A program made the position numbers and the translations under genes. A stretch of DNA of 64,000 nt from Planctomycetota bacterium (GTDB taxonomy: Bacteria; Planctomycetota; UBA1135; UBA2386): NCBI GenBank assembly GCA_965223545.1, contig OZ245006.1, forward strand, positions 7,008,001-7,072,000. Reading direction: 5' to 3'. Below, piece after piece: positions 29,427-39,331 of this stretch. Below the pieces are notes generated by a model. The model was not told the DNA's origin. It ran no database searches and worked only from the letters and a program-made list of their open reading frames with translations. Every line of letters begins with the position of its first letter. Within the stretch, counting starts at the first letter, position 1.

Positions 29427-30529
29427 TGAAGCTCGCCTTCGAGGGATGGATGGCGTGTGGGGCTCTCGCCGCGGGTGGGGTTCTGCTGGCGCGCAGTCTC
29501 GGTGCGTGGTGGGGGGCGCGCGCCAGCACGGAACTCGGCGGGCGCATTCTCGACTTGGTGGTGATCGCCACCAAGTGGCAGCAACCGCTGGCCCCGGTGC
29601 TGGCGCGAGCCGCGGGTGAGGCGCGCGGGGCGGCCAAGCGCCGGTTGACCGACGTTGCCGCTCGCCTGCAGGCGGGCGATGGGCTGGCCGACGCGCTGCA
29701 TGCCGGTGCGGGGCGCTGCTTTTCGGAGCCGACCCTCGCCGCGGTGCGCGCGGCCGAGGGGGGGCCACAGCTGGCGGGCGTCGTGCAGCGGCTCGCGGTG
29801 CAGCGCGATGCCGCCCAGGAAGTGCGCCACCGCGCGCTCTTGGCGGCGGGCTATCCGGCCATGGTGGCAGCCCTCCTGCTCGGCTTTCAGGTCTTGGGTG
29901 GACGGCTGCGGCCGCGACCGGACGCGTCGTTGCCGGCGTTCGAGTGGCCGCACGTGGCGATCTGGTTGGTCAGCATCGCTTTCTTGGCGGCTTGGCTCGG
30001 GCTCGCCCTCGGTCGCTTCACGCCGCAGCGCGGTTGGGCGGCGAGAGTGCGTGGGCTGTTCGCCGAGCGCGTGCCCGTGCTCGGACCGCGGTTGACGGAG
30101 CTGGGAGTCGCGCGCGCGCTCGATGCGGCGGGGGCGGCGATCGCCGCGGGCCAGCCACTCCCCGCTGCCTTGCGGGCGGCGGCTCCGGCCGCGGGTGCGC
30201 CCCGGCTCGAGGTCGGTCTGCGCACCGCCGCGGTGCGCCTCGCTGCGGGCGCCGACCTGGGGGCCGCGCTGGCGGGCGCTCCGCTGCCGCCGGCGGTGGC
30301 CGTCCGGCTCGCCGCCTACCAGGGCGACCGCGCCGGGCTCGCGCGCTTGTGCGGAGGCCTGGCAAGAGAGTTGCGCCGCCGACTGGCGGAAGGCTTCGAC
30401 GCGGTGCTGGGCTGGGCGCGGCCGTTGGCGGTGCTGGCCCTGGGCATCGTCGTCGCCCTCCAGCTGAGCGCGCTGCTGGGATGGTTGGACGCGGTGCGGT
30501 TGCGGCCGATGGAGAGGGCGCCATGGTGA
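29426..30529 (+). CDS. Second GspF/PilC-type protein
   Basis: GDGLADAL, AAEGGPQL, YPAMV and VPVLGP; ATG overlaps the previous stop. Confidence 0.75.
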   Translation: MKLAFEGWMACGALAAGGVLLARSLGAWWGARASTELGGRILDLVVIATKWQQPLAPVLARAAGEARGAAKRRLTDVAARLQAGDGLADALHAGAGRCFSEPTLAAVRAAEGGPQLAGVVQRLAVQRDAAQEVRHRALLAAGYPAMVAALLLGFQVLGGRLRPRPDASLPAFEWPHVAIWLVSIAFLAAWLGLALGRFTPQRGWAARVRGLFAERVPVLGPRLTELGVARALDAAGAAIAAGQPLPAALRAAAPAAGAPRLEVGLRTAAVRLAAGADLGAALAGAPLPPAVAVRLAAYQGDRAGLARLCGGLARELRRRLAEGFDAVLGWARPLAVLALGIVVALQLSALLGWLDAVRLRPMERAPW

Positions 30530-30924
30530 GAGCGAACCTGCGCGCGGGAATGGTCTTCGTCGAGCTGGTCTGCGCGATGGCCGTGCTCGGTGTGGTCTCG
30601 CTCGCGTTGAGCGGCAGTGGCTTCGAGCACGGTCGCGCCGCGGCGCGGGCGTTGCGGGGCGAGGTCGCGCTGCGGGCGGCCGAGGCCGAGCTGGAGGCGG
30701 TGCGGGCGGCCGGCACTCCGCCGGTCATCGGGGTCGATGAGCGGCCGGTCAGCCCGCCGGTGCGCGCTCGGTTGCCGGCGGCGCGGATCGTTCGCGACGT
30801 CACCGAGATCCGCCCCGGCCTGTATCGGATCGACGTGCGCGTTCGGTGGCGGGTTGCGGAAGCGGGCAGCGCGCGACAGCTCGAGCTGACGACGCTGTAT
30901 TGGGATCGGGGGAGTCGGTCATGA
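30523..30924 (+). CDS. Prepilin-type (pseudo)pilin, GspI/PilV-like
   Basis: RAG|MVFVELVCAM type III signal. Confidence 0.7.
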   Translation: MVRANLRAGMVFVELVCAMAVLGVVSLALSGSGFEHGRAAARALRGEVALRAAEAELEAVRAAGTPPVIGVDERPVSPPVRARLPAARIVRDVTEIRPGLYRIDVRVRWRVAEAGSARQLELTTLYWDRGSRS

Positions 30925-31379
30925 ACCGCGGGTTCACGGTCTTGGAGCTGATGGTTGCGGTGGCGTTGATCTCCTCGTTCTCCGTGATCTCGCTGTCGCT
31001 GTGGCACCGCGCGCACGACGAGCGGATCTGGGCGGAGCGCAGCCAGCGCGACGTGGTCGAGTGGCGCCGGGCGCTGGCCTCCCTCGCCGGGGATCTGCGC
31101 GCGGCGCACCGGGTCGCGCCGCGCAGCGGTGAGGGGCTGCGCATCGAGCGCGCGACCGGCGTGGTCGACTGGGAGGTGCGCGGCGGCAGCCTGTGTCGGA
31201 TCGAGGGCGGTGGGTCCCGGGAGATCGCCGGCCGCGTGCGGCGGTTCGAGGCGACCATCGGCAACGGACTGGTGCGCTGCGTGCTCTGGGGTCGCGGTCG
31301 GCGTCTACCGTCGTCTTCGGTTCCGCTCGAGCTCGTCATCGCGCCGCGTGGCTTCGGCGGAGGCAGCGATGGCGAGTGA
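30921..31379 (+). CDS. Prepilin-type (pseudo)pilin, GspJ/PilW-like
   Basis: NRG|FTVLELMVAVAL. Confidence 0.85.
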   Translation: MNRGFTVLELMVAVALISSFSVISLSLWHRAHDERIWAERSQRDVVEWRRALASLAGDLRAAHRVAPRSGEGLRIERATGVVDWEVRGGSLCRIEGGGSREIAGRVRRFEATIGNGLVRCVLWGRGRRLPSSSVPLELVIAPRGFGGGSDGE

Positions 31380-31770
31380 GCGCGGCCTCGCCTTGATCCC
31401 CGCGCTCGTCCTCGTGGTGGTCCTCGGCGGCACCATCGCCGCCCTGTCCGCCGGCAGCCGGCGCCTCGCGGCGGGAGACATCGACGCGGCCGCGGAAGTG
31501 CGCGCCCTGCAGGCGGCGGACGGCGGGTTGCAGCTGGCGCTCTGGGCCCTGTCGCGCGACGTCGACTTCGCCGGCGAGAGGCTGCAGATCGGTCTGTCGA
31601 CCGTGGAGGTCGTCGTCGAACGCGACGGTGGTGTGGTGCGGGTGCGCAGCCTGGCGCGCTGCTGGCCGCGCGGTGAGCACGCGCCGCCGCGCGCAGTGGG
31701 GGTGACGATGCGCGTCGTGTTCGGCGATGACGGGCGTCCACGCGGAGTCGGGTGGCGCCGCTTTCAGTGA
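31369..31770 (+). CDS. PilX/GspK-like minor pilin
   Basis: ERG|LALIPAL lacking E5; ALQAADGG motif. Confidence 0.7.
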   Translation: MASERGLALIPALVLVVVLGGTIAALSAGSRRLAAGDIDAAAEVRALQAADGGLQLALWALSRDVDFAGERLQIGLSTVEVVVERDGGVVRVRSLARCWPRGEHAPPRAVGVTMRVVFGDDGRPRGVGWRRFQ

Positions 31771-31804
31771 AGGCGAGCTGTCGATTCGCGCAGCGCCCGC
31801 GGTC

Positions 31805-32863
31805 TCACCTGCCGACCGCTTGGAACGACAGCAGCTCGATGCGCGGCGTCAGGTAGTCGTCGCGCATCGGTTCGGCCTGGCACAGGTCGGTGGTCAGGTA
31901 TTTCTTGTTGCTGTCGGCGAACACCGTGGCGACGTGCGCGCCGCGGCCCTGCGCCCGCGCCACCTTGACGGCGCCGATGAAGTTCGCGCCCGCGCTGATG
32001 CCGACCGCGAGGCCGAGCTGGCTGGCGAGCTTCTGCGCCATCGCGATCGCGTCGCCGTCCCACACGTCGACGATCTCGTCGAGGGCGGCGAGGTCGACGA
32101 TCGACGGCACGAACTCGTCGCTGATGCCTTGGATCCGGTGCTGGCCGACTTTGTGACCAGTGCGGAGGGTCGGCGAGTTCGCCGGCTCGAGGGGGTGTAC
32201 GGCAACGTCGGTGAACTGTTGCCGCAGCCAGCGGCCGGCGCCCATCACGGTGCCACCGGTGCCGACGCCGGCGACGAACGCGGTGGGGCGATGGCCGAGG
32301 GCGGCGAGCTGTCGGCCGATTTCGGGGCCCGTGGTCGAGAAGTGGGCCTCGATGTTGGCCGGGCTCTCGAACTGTCTCGGGTGGAAGACACCGACGCCGG
32401 CGGCGGCGAAGTCCTCGGCCCGCCGGATGGCGCCGACGAAGCCGCCTTCTTCGGCGGAGACCGGCACGACCGTCGCGCCGAAGCTGCGGATCAGCTGCAC
32501 GCGCTCGCGGCTCATCCAGTCGGGCATGTAGATGCGCACCGGATGGCCCAGCGCCCGGCCGATCGCGGCCAGCGAGATGCCGGTGTTGCCGCTGGTGGCC
32601 TCGACGATGACGTCGCCGGGGGCGATCTGCCCGTCGCGATAGGCGTCGGCGATGATGCGCAGCGCCATCCGGTCCTTGATGCTGCCGGTGAGGTTGGTGC
32701 TCTCCAGCTTGGCGTGGACGCACACCGGCGTGCCGTCCACCGTGCAATGGACCGCGAGCAGAGGGGTGTTGCCGACCAGGGCATGCAGCGCCTGCAGGCG
32801 CTTGCCGATCACCTCGGGGTTGGCGCAGCGGCTGCCGGGGCGCACTTCGGGGAACTCGGCCAT
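31805..32863 (-). CDS. cysK: PLP-dependent cysteine synthase family protein
   Basis: VGNTPL, KLESTNLTGSIKDR, EATSGNTG, GVGTGGT and HRIQGI. Confidence 0.85.
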   Translation of the reverse strand: MAEFPEVRPGSRCANPEVIGKRLQALHALVGNTPLLAVHCTVDGTPVCVHAKLESTNLTGSIKDRMALRIIADAYRDGQIAPGDVIVEATSGNTGISLAAIGRALGHPVRIYMPDWMSRERVQLIRSFGATVVPVSAEEGGFVGAIRRAEDFAAAGVGVFHPRQFESPANIEAHFSTTGPEIGRQLAALGHRPTAFVAGVGTGGTVMGAGRWLRQQFTDVAVHPLEPANSPTLRTGHKVGQHRIQGISDEFVPSIVDLAALDEIVDVWDGDAIAMAQKLASQLGLAVGISAGANFIGAVKVARAQGRGAHVATVFADSNKKYLTTDLCQAEPMRDDYLTPRIELLSFQAVGR

Positions 32864-32909
32864 GGTGGCCTTGAATGTCCGGCCGGGGTCCGGTCTTTCG
32901 CAGTGCTTC

Positions 32910-34154
32910 AGAACTGCAGCCCTTCCGTGGGCCTGGCTAGCTGAGAGACGCAGACCAAGACGTAACCGGAGCCCTCTTCCGAGTCACTGGAAGTGACGCA
33001 GGGCCAGCTGCGCAACGGTGCCCTTTTGGTCCCCCCGCGTTGTGTCCCGGAGGTCGCCGATGTTCGTTCCCCCGCGTTGCCCCAACTCAGCTTGCCCGCA
33101 CAACCGCAGCCCGCGGCCCGGCTTCTTCGTACGCCGTGGCTACTACTACCCCAAGTGCCGCGCCCAAGGCGTGCCGCGCTTCCGCTGCCGCCATTGCCGG
33201 CAGGGCTTCTCGCGGCAGACGTTCCGCATGGATTACCGCGACCACAAGCCCGACCGCAACGCCTGGATCGTCATGTTGCTCTGCTCTGGCCTGGGCCTGC
33301 GACAGACCGCACGCCTGGCCGGGCTCACGGCGCGCAACACCGAGATGAAGTTCCGCAAGATCGGTCGTCACGTCCGCCGCCTGAACAACAACTTACGGGG
33401 CGACCTCCCGGTGGGCTCGAGCTTGCAGTTCGACGAACTCGAGAGCTACGAGGGCCGCCGCAACACGCGGCCCCTGACGCTGCCTGTCCTGATCGAGCGC
33501 GGGAGCCGCTTCATCCTCGCAGCGCGGTCGGCCCCGATCCGCCCCGGTGGCCCCAAACCGACTGCGCGCCGGCGAGCGATAGAGGCCGACGCGCGGCGGT
33601 TTGGCCGGCGGCCGTCGCGGTCGCGCGCGGCAACGCGCAATGCGCTGTGCCGGGGCGCGCGCGCTTGCACTCGGTTGACCACCGTGTTGCTCGAAACGGA
33701 CGAGAAAACGACCTACTCAGGACTCGCGAGGGGCATTTTCGGCGCGCGGCTCGAGCACCGGCGAACACCGAGCACGCTGCCGCGCGAGACCTGGAACCCG
33801 CTGTTCGCGATCAACCATACCGAGGCAATGGCGCGCGACCTCAACGGTCGTCTGCGGCGCGAGTCCTGGCTGGTCAGCAAGAAGCGCTGTTTCCTCAACC
33901 TGCAGCTGCACATCTACATCGCGTACCGCAACTTCACGCGACCGCGCTTCAACTTCGACCGAGACACGCCGGCGATGCTGGTTGGCTGGCTGCCCCAGAA
34001 GTTGCGGCTGAACCAGGTGCTATCCTGGCGCCAGGACTGGGGCACGCGCAGCGGCCATCCGCTGGATCGAAACGCAAAACCGATCGAGAACTTCCTGAAG
34101 AGCTCTGCCTGAGTTTCTTGCGGCCGTGCCGGACCACGGAAGGGCTGCAGTTCG
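32910..34154 (+). mobile_element. IS1-like insertion sequence, 1245 bp
   Basis: Perfect 20-bp IR GAACTGCAGCCCTTCCGTGG (32911-32930 / 34134-34153); direct repeat CAGTGCTTC at 32901-32909 and 34155-34163. Confidence 0.88.
33060..34112 (+). CDS. Zn-ribbon/HTH/RNaseH-like transposase (IS1/IS1595-like)
   Basis: CPNSAC...RFRCRHC; HTH GLGLRQTARL; QFDELE and ETDEK acidic motifs; TPAM. Confidence 0.8.
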   Translation: MFVPPRCPNSACPHNRSPRPGFFVRRGYYYPKCRAQGVPRFRCRHCRQGFSRQTFRMDYRDHKPDRNAWIVMLLCSGLGLRQTARLAGLTARNTEMKFRKIGRHVRRLNNNLRGDLPVGSSLQFDELESYEGRRNTRPLTLPVLIERGSRFILAARSAPIRPGGPKPTARRRAIEADARRFGRRPSRSRAATRNALCRGARACTRLTTVLLETDEKTTYSGLARGIFGARLEHRRTPSTLPRETWNPLFAINHTEAMARDLNGRLRRESWLVSKKRCFLNLQLHIYIAYRNFTRPRFNFDRDTPAMLVGWLPQKLRLNQVLSWRQDWGTRSGHPLDRNAKPIENFLKSSA

Positions 34155-34237
34155 CAGTGCTTCCGTCGCGCTATTCTGAAAGAGCGCCAGAGCGAGCGCG
34201 TTGCCTAGAGGAGACGGCAGCGTGACGAGGAAGTGCG

Positions 34238-34699
34238 ATGACGTTCCACATGCTCTTGACGACCGACTTGTCGGATGAGTCCGCGCGCTGCTTCGCGCAG
34301 GCGGCGACCCTGGTGCAGCGCATGGGGGGCAAGATCACGCTGTTGCACGCGTTGCTCGAGCCGACCGTGATGTCGTCGGGGTTTCCGTCGCTGCCGGGCC
34401 ACACCGCGCAGAACCGCGAGGAGTACTTGGCCGAGGCGGGGCAGGCGATGGCGAGGCTACGGGCGCAGCTGCCGGTCGAGCTGGAGGTCGACCTCGAGAT
34501 CGCAGAAGGCATGACGGTGGCCGCGATCCTCGACGACTACGCGACCGCGCACGGTGTCGATGTGATCGCGATGGCGACGCACGGCCGGTCGGGCGTGCGC
34601 CGCGTGCTGATGGGCAGCGTGGCCGAGGCGCTGCTGCGCCGCACACACACGCCGATCCTGCTGTTCCCGCCGCCATCGGAGGCGAAGCAGAGCGGTTGA
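34238..34699 (+). CDS. Universal stress protein
   Basis: TDLSDES and DVIAMATHGRSGVRRVLMGSVAE. Confidence 0.93.
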   Translation: MTFHMLLTTDLSDESARCFAQAATLVQRMGGKITLLHALLEPTVMSSGFPSLPGHTAQNREEYLAEAGQAMARLRAQLPVELEVDLEIAEGMTVAAILDDYATAHGVDVIAMATHGRSGVRRVLMGSVAEALLRRTHTPILLFPPPSEAKQSG

Positions 34700-34747
34700 C
34701 ACGGAGTGCGCGCGGCCTTTTCGGCGATCGCTGGTAAGCTCGCCGCG

Positions 34748-35569
34748 ATGGTGCCCGCAGTCTTGTTCGTGCTCGCTACCGGCGCGGCGCTGGCCTGCGC
34801 CACCGCCGCCGGCCCCGGAGTCGGCCTGCTGCCGCCGGCAAAGCGACGGGCCTGGGCCGTCGCGGGCGTGCTGGCGCTCGCCGGGGTCGGCGTGGTGCTC
34901 GCGCGCTGGCCACTGACGAGTGTCGTGCACGAGCGGATCGCCATCGGCATCCTGGCGGTCGGAGCCGCGGCCTGTCTGCTCGGCGCCGCGCGTTCGGCGC
35001 GACCGCGCGGCGTCGGCGCCGCGGCAGTCGGCTTCGGCTTCGCGCTGGCGCTCGCTGGACTGGCGCAGGCCGTGGCCGTGGACGCGTTCGATCCCGGCGG
35101 AGACGCGGTGGAGCCGACCCTCGCGCAGGACGACCCGGGTGATCTGCTGCGGGCGCGGGCGGCGCAGCTGCAGCGCCGACTCGGTGAGGAGATCCCCGCC
35201 GCGCGGGGGCGCCTGCAGCAGCAGGTGGCCGAGGTCCGCGTGGCGCTGGGCGAGGCCAGCGAGGCCCAGCGCGTGCGTCTGCGCGACGAGTTGCGCGAGA
35301 TCGCCCGCACGCTGTTGGCACTCGACGTCGAGGAGCGCTCCACCGAGGAGCTGCGCCAGCGCGTCGCCCAGGAGCTGCGGCGGTTCGAGCGGCTGCGCGC
35401 GACCGAGCACCTCATCGAGGACGACCCCGAGCTGCGCGGCGAGCTGGAGCAGCTGGCCGCCGATGCCGGCCGGCGCCTCGGCGTCGCGGTCGATGGGCGG
35501 TTGGGCTCGGGCGCGATTGCCGAAGCGCGCGTCGACGCGCTGGTCGAGGAGTGGCTGGTCGGCCGTTGA
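34748..35569 (+). CDS. Hypothetical membrane protein with C-terminal coiled coil
   Basis: About 4 hydrophobic segments followed by E/R/L-rich heptads. Confidence 0.6.
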   Translation: MVPAVLFVLATGAALACATAAGPGVGLLPPAKRRAWAVAGVLALAGVGVVLARWPLTSVVHERIAIGILAVGAAACLLGAARSARPRGVGAAAVGFGFALALAGLAQAVAVDAFDPGGDAVEPTLAQDDPGDLLRARAAQLQRRLGEEIPAARGRLQQQVAEVRVALGEASEAQRVRLRDELREIARTLLALDVEERSTEELRQRVAQELRRFERLRATEHLIEDDPELRGELEQLAADAGRRLGVAVDGRLGSGAIAEARVDALVEEWLVGR

Positions 35570-35594
35570 GTCCGCCGCGGCGCGGCGCGCCGGG

Positions 35595-36689
35595 CTATGG
35601 CGTCCCGGCCGGTTCGGCCGGCAGCGCGTCGAGGGCCTTGCGCCGCATGCCGTAGGCCATCGCCGCGAGCGAGCGCAGCCGTTGGTCGCGCCGCGTCAGC
35701 TGGGCTGGCTCGTCGCGCACGCGGCGGTCGACCGTCTCGATCAGCTGCGCGCGGTCGTCGAACTCACGCAGGCGCGCGGCCAGCGCTTCGGGGTCGTCGT
35801 CCGCGTCGTTCCACAGGTAGTGGAAGCGCGGTAGCAGCTCGTCGTAGGGGGCCTGCACCAGGGGCTTGACCGAGACGAACGCCACCGCCGCGGCTTCGCG
35901 CATCGTGCGGTAGATCCGGTTCTGCAGGGTCGCGCGGCGGATCTGCTGATAGAGCAACTGCCGGCGGTGATTGGCGGGGATCGGCGACCGGTACGATCGG
36001 TCGTCGAGGATGCCCACCGCGAACGGGATCGCGTCCACGTCCGGCACCTGCAGGACCCGGCCGCTGTACCAGGCCTGATACAAGGACACGCCTTCGTAGA
36101 CGTTGGCGTCGAGATCGGCGTACAGGTGGCCCAAGTACGCGGAGATGGTGCGTTGGTCGGGCTCGTCGTCGAGGGCCGCGAGGATGGCGGCGATGGCCTC
36201 GTCGGTGCCCGGCGGAAACCCGTGCAGGAGGTTTTCGTAGGTCTCGGCGGCGGTGAGGCGCTCGGTCCGGCGCACGATCTCGCCGCGCTGCCAGTCGTAC
36301 CACACCGCGCGGTTCAGGTTGTCGAGCGGCGCCGGGTTGGGGAACCGCTGCGCGACGGCGTCGTGCGCGGGCGCGCCGCGGGGCACGAGCGATCGCGCCG
36401 GCGCCACGCCGGGCGCCCATTGCCCCGGGTCGTGGAACGGCGGCGATGTCGACAGGGGATACGACTCGAAGGTGCGCCGGTAGGAGACGATCGTCTGCAC
36501 GCGTTCGTCGTCGTCGAGGAGCACCTCGCGCTCGAGGCGGCGCACGATCGACGTGCGTTGCTCCTCGGGCAGAGCGCGAAACCGGGAGATCGGATCGCCG
36601 GGCTTGGCCGGTCGCTGGCACCAGACCGCCGCCGGAGCGAAGGCAACTGCCCCGGTGAGGGCGGCGGCAAAAGCGTGGGTGAGCGTCAT
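35595..36689 (-). CDS. Hypothetical exported protein
   Basis: Signal peptide and natural amino-acid composition; no family recognised. Confidence 0.7.
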   Translation of the reverse strand: MTLTHAFAAALTGAVAFAPAAVWCQRPAKPGDPISRFRALPEEQRTSIVRRLEREVLLDDDERVQTIVSYRRTFESYPLSTSPPFHDPGQWAPGVAPARSLVPRGAPAHDAVAQRFPNPAPLDNLNRAVWYDWQRGEIVRRTERLTAAETYENLLHGFPPGTDEAIAAILAALDDEPDQRTISAYLGHLYADLDANVYEGVSLYQAWYSGRVLQVPDVDAIPFAVGILDDRSYRSPIPANHRRQLLYQQIRRATLQNRIYRTMREAAAVAFVSVKPLVQAPYDELLPRFHYLWNDADDDPEALAARLREFDDRAQLIETVDRRVRDEPAQLTRRDQRLRSLAAMAYGMRRKALDALPAEPAGTP

Positions 36690-36999
36690 GCCGGATTGCG
36701 GGGGACTCTGCGATTATCGCAGGTGCGCATCGGAAACTCCCGTATGCGGCACTTGTCTTGGCGGGATGGTCGCGGGGCCATGGACGCTGGGTCGTCCGGG
36801 AGGCCGCCACAAAAATCTGGATCGCGCCGCGAAACCCGGCGACGAGCATCCTCTAGAACCGGGTGCTCGCGACGGAGTCGGACTCCCGAGTGGGCAACAA
36901 ACCTGCGAGGCTCTCCACCTAGGGGTACGGAGCACGGTGCTCTTGACCCCGGGGGCGAGGTGGAGAGCCTTCGTTTTATTTAACGACCACGCAGCGCGG

Positions 37000-37089
37000 G
37001 ACGTACGGAGTCAGGCTCGATTTTCTCGCTTGGCGGCGGTGCATCCGCACCGCCGCCAAGCGAGAAAATCGAGCCTGACTCCGTACGTC
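37000..37089. repeat. Perfect inverted repeat, 43-bp arms with a 4-nt loop
   Basis: GACGTACGGAGTCAGGCTCGATTTTCTCGCTTGGCGGCGGTGC-ATCC-exact reverse complement. Confidence 0.95.
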
Positions 37090-37096
37090 TGTTGCA

Positions 37097-37115
37097 AATG
37101 AGACGCAGTCTCATT
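37097..37115. promoter_or_regulatory. Fur-box-like operator
   Basis: AATGAGAC-GCA-GTCTCATT palindrome adjoining TTGCAA, 11 bp before the ATG. Confidence 0.6.
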
Positions 37116-37126
37116 ACAGGGCGTGG

Positions 37127-39331
37127 ATGCGAATCGCTGAGGCCCTCGGGGCGATCTGTGGGTGCGTGGCGCTGGCGGGGTCGGCTGTCCCCGCGCAAAC
37201 CCCTTCGAACGTGCAGCGGTCGAGCACCCTGATGGGCACCTCGCTCGAGATGCAAGTCGAGGGGCACACCAGAGATGCGGCGATCGCCGCTTCCGAGGCC
37301 GCGCTGCGTGCCTGTGAGCGCGTCGAGGCCCGCTGGTCGACGTGGCGCGAGGACAGCGTGCTGGCGCGGATCAACGCGGCGTCGGTCGGGGTGGCGGTGC
37401 CGCATGACGCGGCGTTTGGCGCCGTGCTGGACCGGCTGGAGCACATCGTAGTCGAGACCGGCGGGGCGTTCGACCCGGGCGTGGGAGCGTTGGTCGACGT
37501 CTGGCAGCTGCGCGCGCCGGGCGAGGCGCCGCGGCCGCCACTGGAGCTGTGCGCGGGGCTGGCGGAGGTCGGCTGGGCGCAGCTGCGCCGCCAGCCCGGC
37601 GCCGTGCAGCGCGCGGATGCCCGGCTGCGGCTGGAGGAGGGCGGGTTTGCCAAGGGGTTGGCCCTCGACGCCGCCATCGGTGTCCTGCGCGAGGCAGGGG
37701 TAGTGCGCGCCCGGCTGGACTTTGGCGGGCAGGTCGCGGTCCTCGGTGAGCATCGGGTCGGGCTGGCCCACCCGGACGAGCGAGGCGTGGCCCTGGCCGA
37801 TGTCGTGGTGCGCGGGGGGTCGCTCGCCACCGCTGGCAACTCCGAGCGCGGGGTGCAGCGGGGCGGCGCGCGGTGGGGCCATCTGCTCGATCCGCACACC
37901 GGTGAGCCGGTGGAGGACTTCGGCAGCGTCACGGTTTGGGCCGAGAGTGCGCTTCGCGCCGACGCGCTGGCGACGGCGCTGTTCGTCATGGGGCCCGACG
38001 CCGCGTTGGCGTGGGGCGCGGGCCGGCCCGGCGTCGAGGTGCTCGTCGCCCGGCGCGAGGATGGCGGTGCGGTGCGGGTCGAGACGACGCCGGGCTGGCC
38101 CGCGGACCGCGCCGCGAGCGCGCCGCAGGATCCCGATCTGGCGGCGCGGGTGCGGCGGCTGGAGCAGGAGAACCAGGAGCTGCGCGCGCGGCAGGCCGCG
38201 CTGGAGGAGGGCTTCGAAGAGCTGACGCTCGGCGACGTCGTCCGCCCGCTGGGGGCGCCGCGGCCCGGCCTGGGCGCCGCTGCCGCGAAGGTCTACGAAG
38301 CGGACGGTCTGTCGGTCGGCGGCTACGGCGAGCTCTTGTTCGAGCAGCGCTCGGGCGGCACCGACATCCTCGATGCATTGCGCACGGTGTTGTACGTCGG
38401 CTACCGGTTCGACGAGCGATTCTTGGTCAACACCGAGATCGAGCTCGAGCACGGTTCGACGTCGTCGAGCTCGGAGACGACGAGCAGCGGAGGCGAGGTC
38501 TCGCTCGAGTTCGGCTATCTGGATTGGCTGTGCTGCGAGGCGTTCAATCTCCGCGCCGGCATGCTGCTGGTGCCGGTCGGCCTGATCAACGAGCGTCACG
38601 AGCCGCTGGCGTTTCCCGCCGCGCACCGACCGCAGACCGAGACCCGCATCATCCCGAGCACCTGGCGCGAGCTGGGCTTTGGCGCGCACGGCACCGTCGC
38701 CGGCCTGTCGTACCGCGCTTATGTCGTGGGCGGCATGAGCGGCGAGCGTTTCTCGGCGGCGGGCCTGCGCGGCGGTCGGCAGAAGGGCAACCGCGCCGCC
38801 GCTGACAGCTTCGCCGGCGTGCTGCGCGTCGACTGGGAGCGTCCCGGCTGGACGTTGGGGGGGGCGGTCTACCACGGTGGGGCCGGCCAGGATCGCCGCG
38901 TCGGCGGGGCGCCGATCGACGAGCTCGATGTGACCTTGGCCGAGGTGCACACGGAGCTCATGTGGCGCGGACTCTGGCTGCGGGGACTGTACGCGCACGC
39001 CTGGGTGGACGGCGCGCGCGCGCTCAACGCGGCCACGGGTGCGGGGGTGGCGTCTCGACTCACCGGTCACTACGTCGAGCTGGGTTACGATCTGCTGGCG
39101 GCGATCGACGAGCAGTCGAACCAGGCGCTGTACCCGTTCTGCCGCTACGAGCGGATCGACACCCAGGCTGGGTTGCCGGCGGGTGCCTCGCGGGTGCCGG
39201 GACAGGCCGACACCGTCTGGACCGTGGGTTTGCACTACCGGCCGATCGACTCCGTCGTGCTGAAGGCGGACTACGAGCTGCACGACGACCGCGACGACCG
39301 CTTTTCCGTGGTGGTGGGCTATGCGTTCTGA
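37127..39331 (+). CDS. Fusion of ApbE flavin transferase and an outer-membrane beta-barrel porin
   Basis: MGT, GAFDPGVG, GFAKG, ATAGNSER, HLLDPHTG and ADALATALFVMG; then a coiled coil, GGYGE, EIELEHG and C-terminal GYAF. Confidence 0.85.
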   Translation: MRIAEALGAICGCVALAGSAVPAQTPSNVQRSSTLMGTSLEMQVEGHTRDAAIAASEAALRACERVEARWSTWREDSVLARINAASVGVAVPHDAAFGAVLDRLEHIVVETGGAFDPGVGALVDVWQLRAPGEAPRPPLELCAGLAEVGWAQLRRQPGAVQRADARLRLEEGGFAKGLALDAAIGVLREAGVVRARLDFGGQVAVLGEHRVGLAHPDERGVALADVVVRGGSLATAGNSERGVQRGGARWGHLLDPHTGEPVEDFGSVTVWAESALRADALATALFVMGPDAALAWGAGRPGVEVLVARREDGGAVRVETTPGWPADRAASAPQDPDLAARVRRLEQENQELRARQAALEEGFEELTLGDVVRPLGAPRPGLGAAAAKVYEADGLSVGGYGELLFEQRSGGTDILDALRTVLYVGYRFDERFLVNTEIELEHGSTSSSSETTSSGGEVSLEFGYLDWLCCEAFNLRAGMLLVPVGLINERHEPLAFPAAHRPQTETRIIPSTWRELGFGAHGTVAGLSYRAYVVGGMSGERFSAAGLRGGRQKGNRAAADSFAGVLRVDWERPGWTLGGAVYHGGAGQDRRVGGAPIDELDVTLAEVHTELMWRGLWLRGLYAHAWVDGARALNAATGAGVASRLTGHYVELGYDLLAAIDEQSNQALYPFCRYERIDTQAGLPAGASRVPGQADTVWTVGLHYRPIDSVVLKADYELHDDRDDRFSVVVGYAF

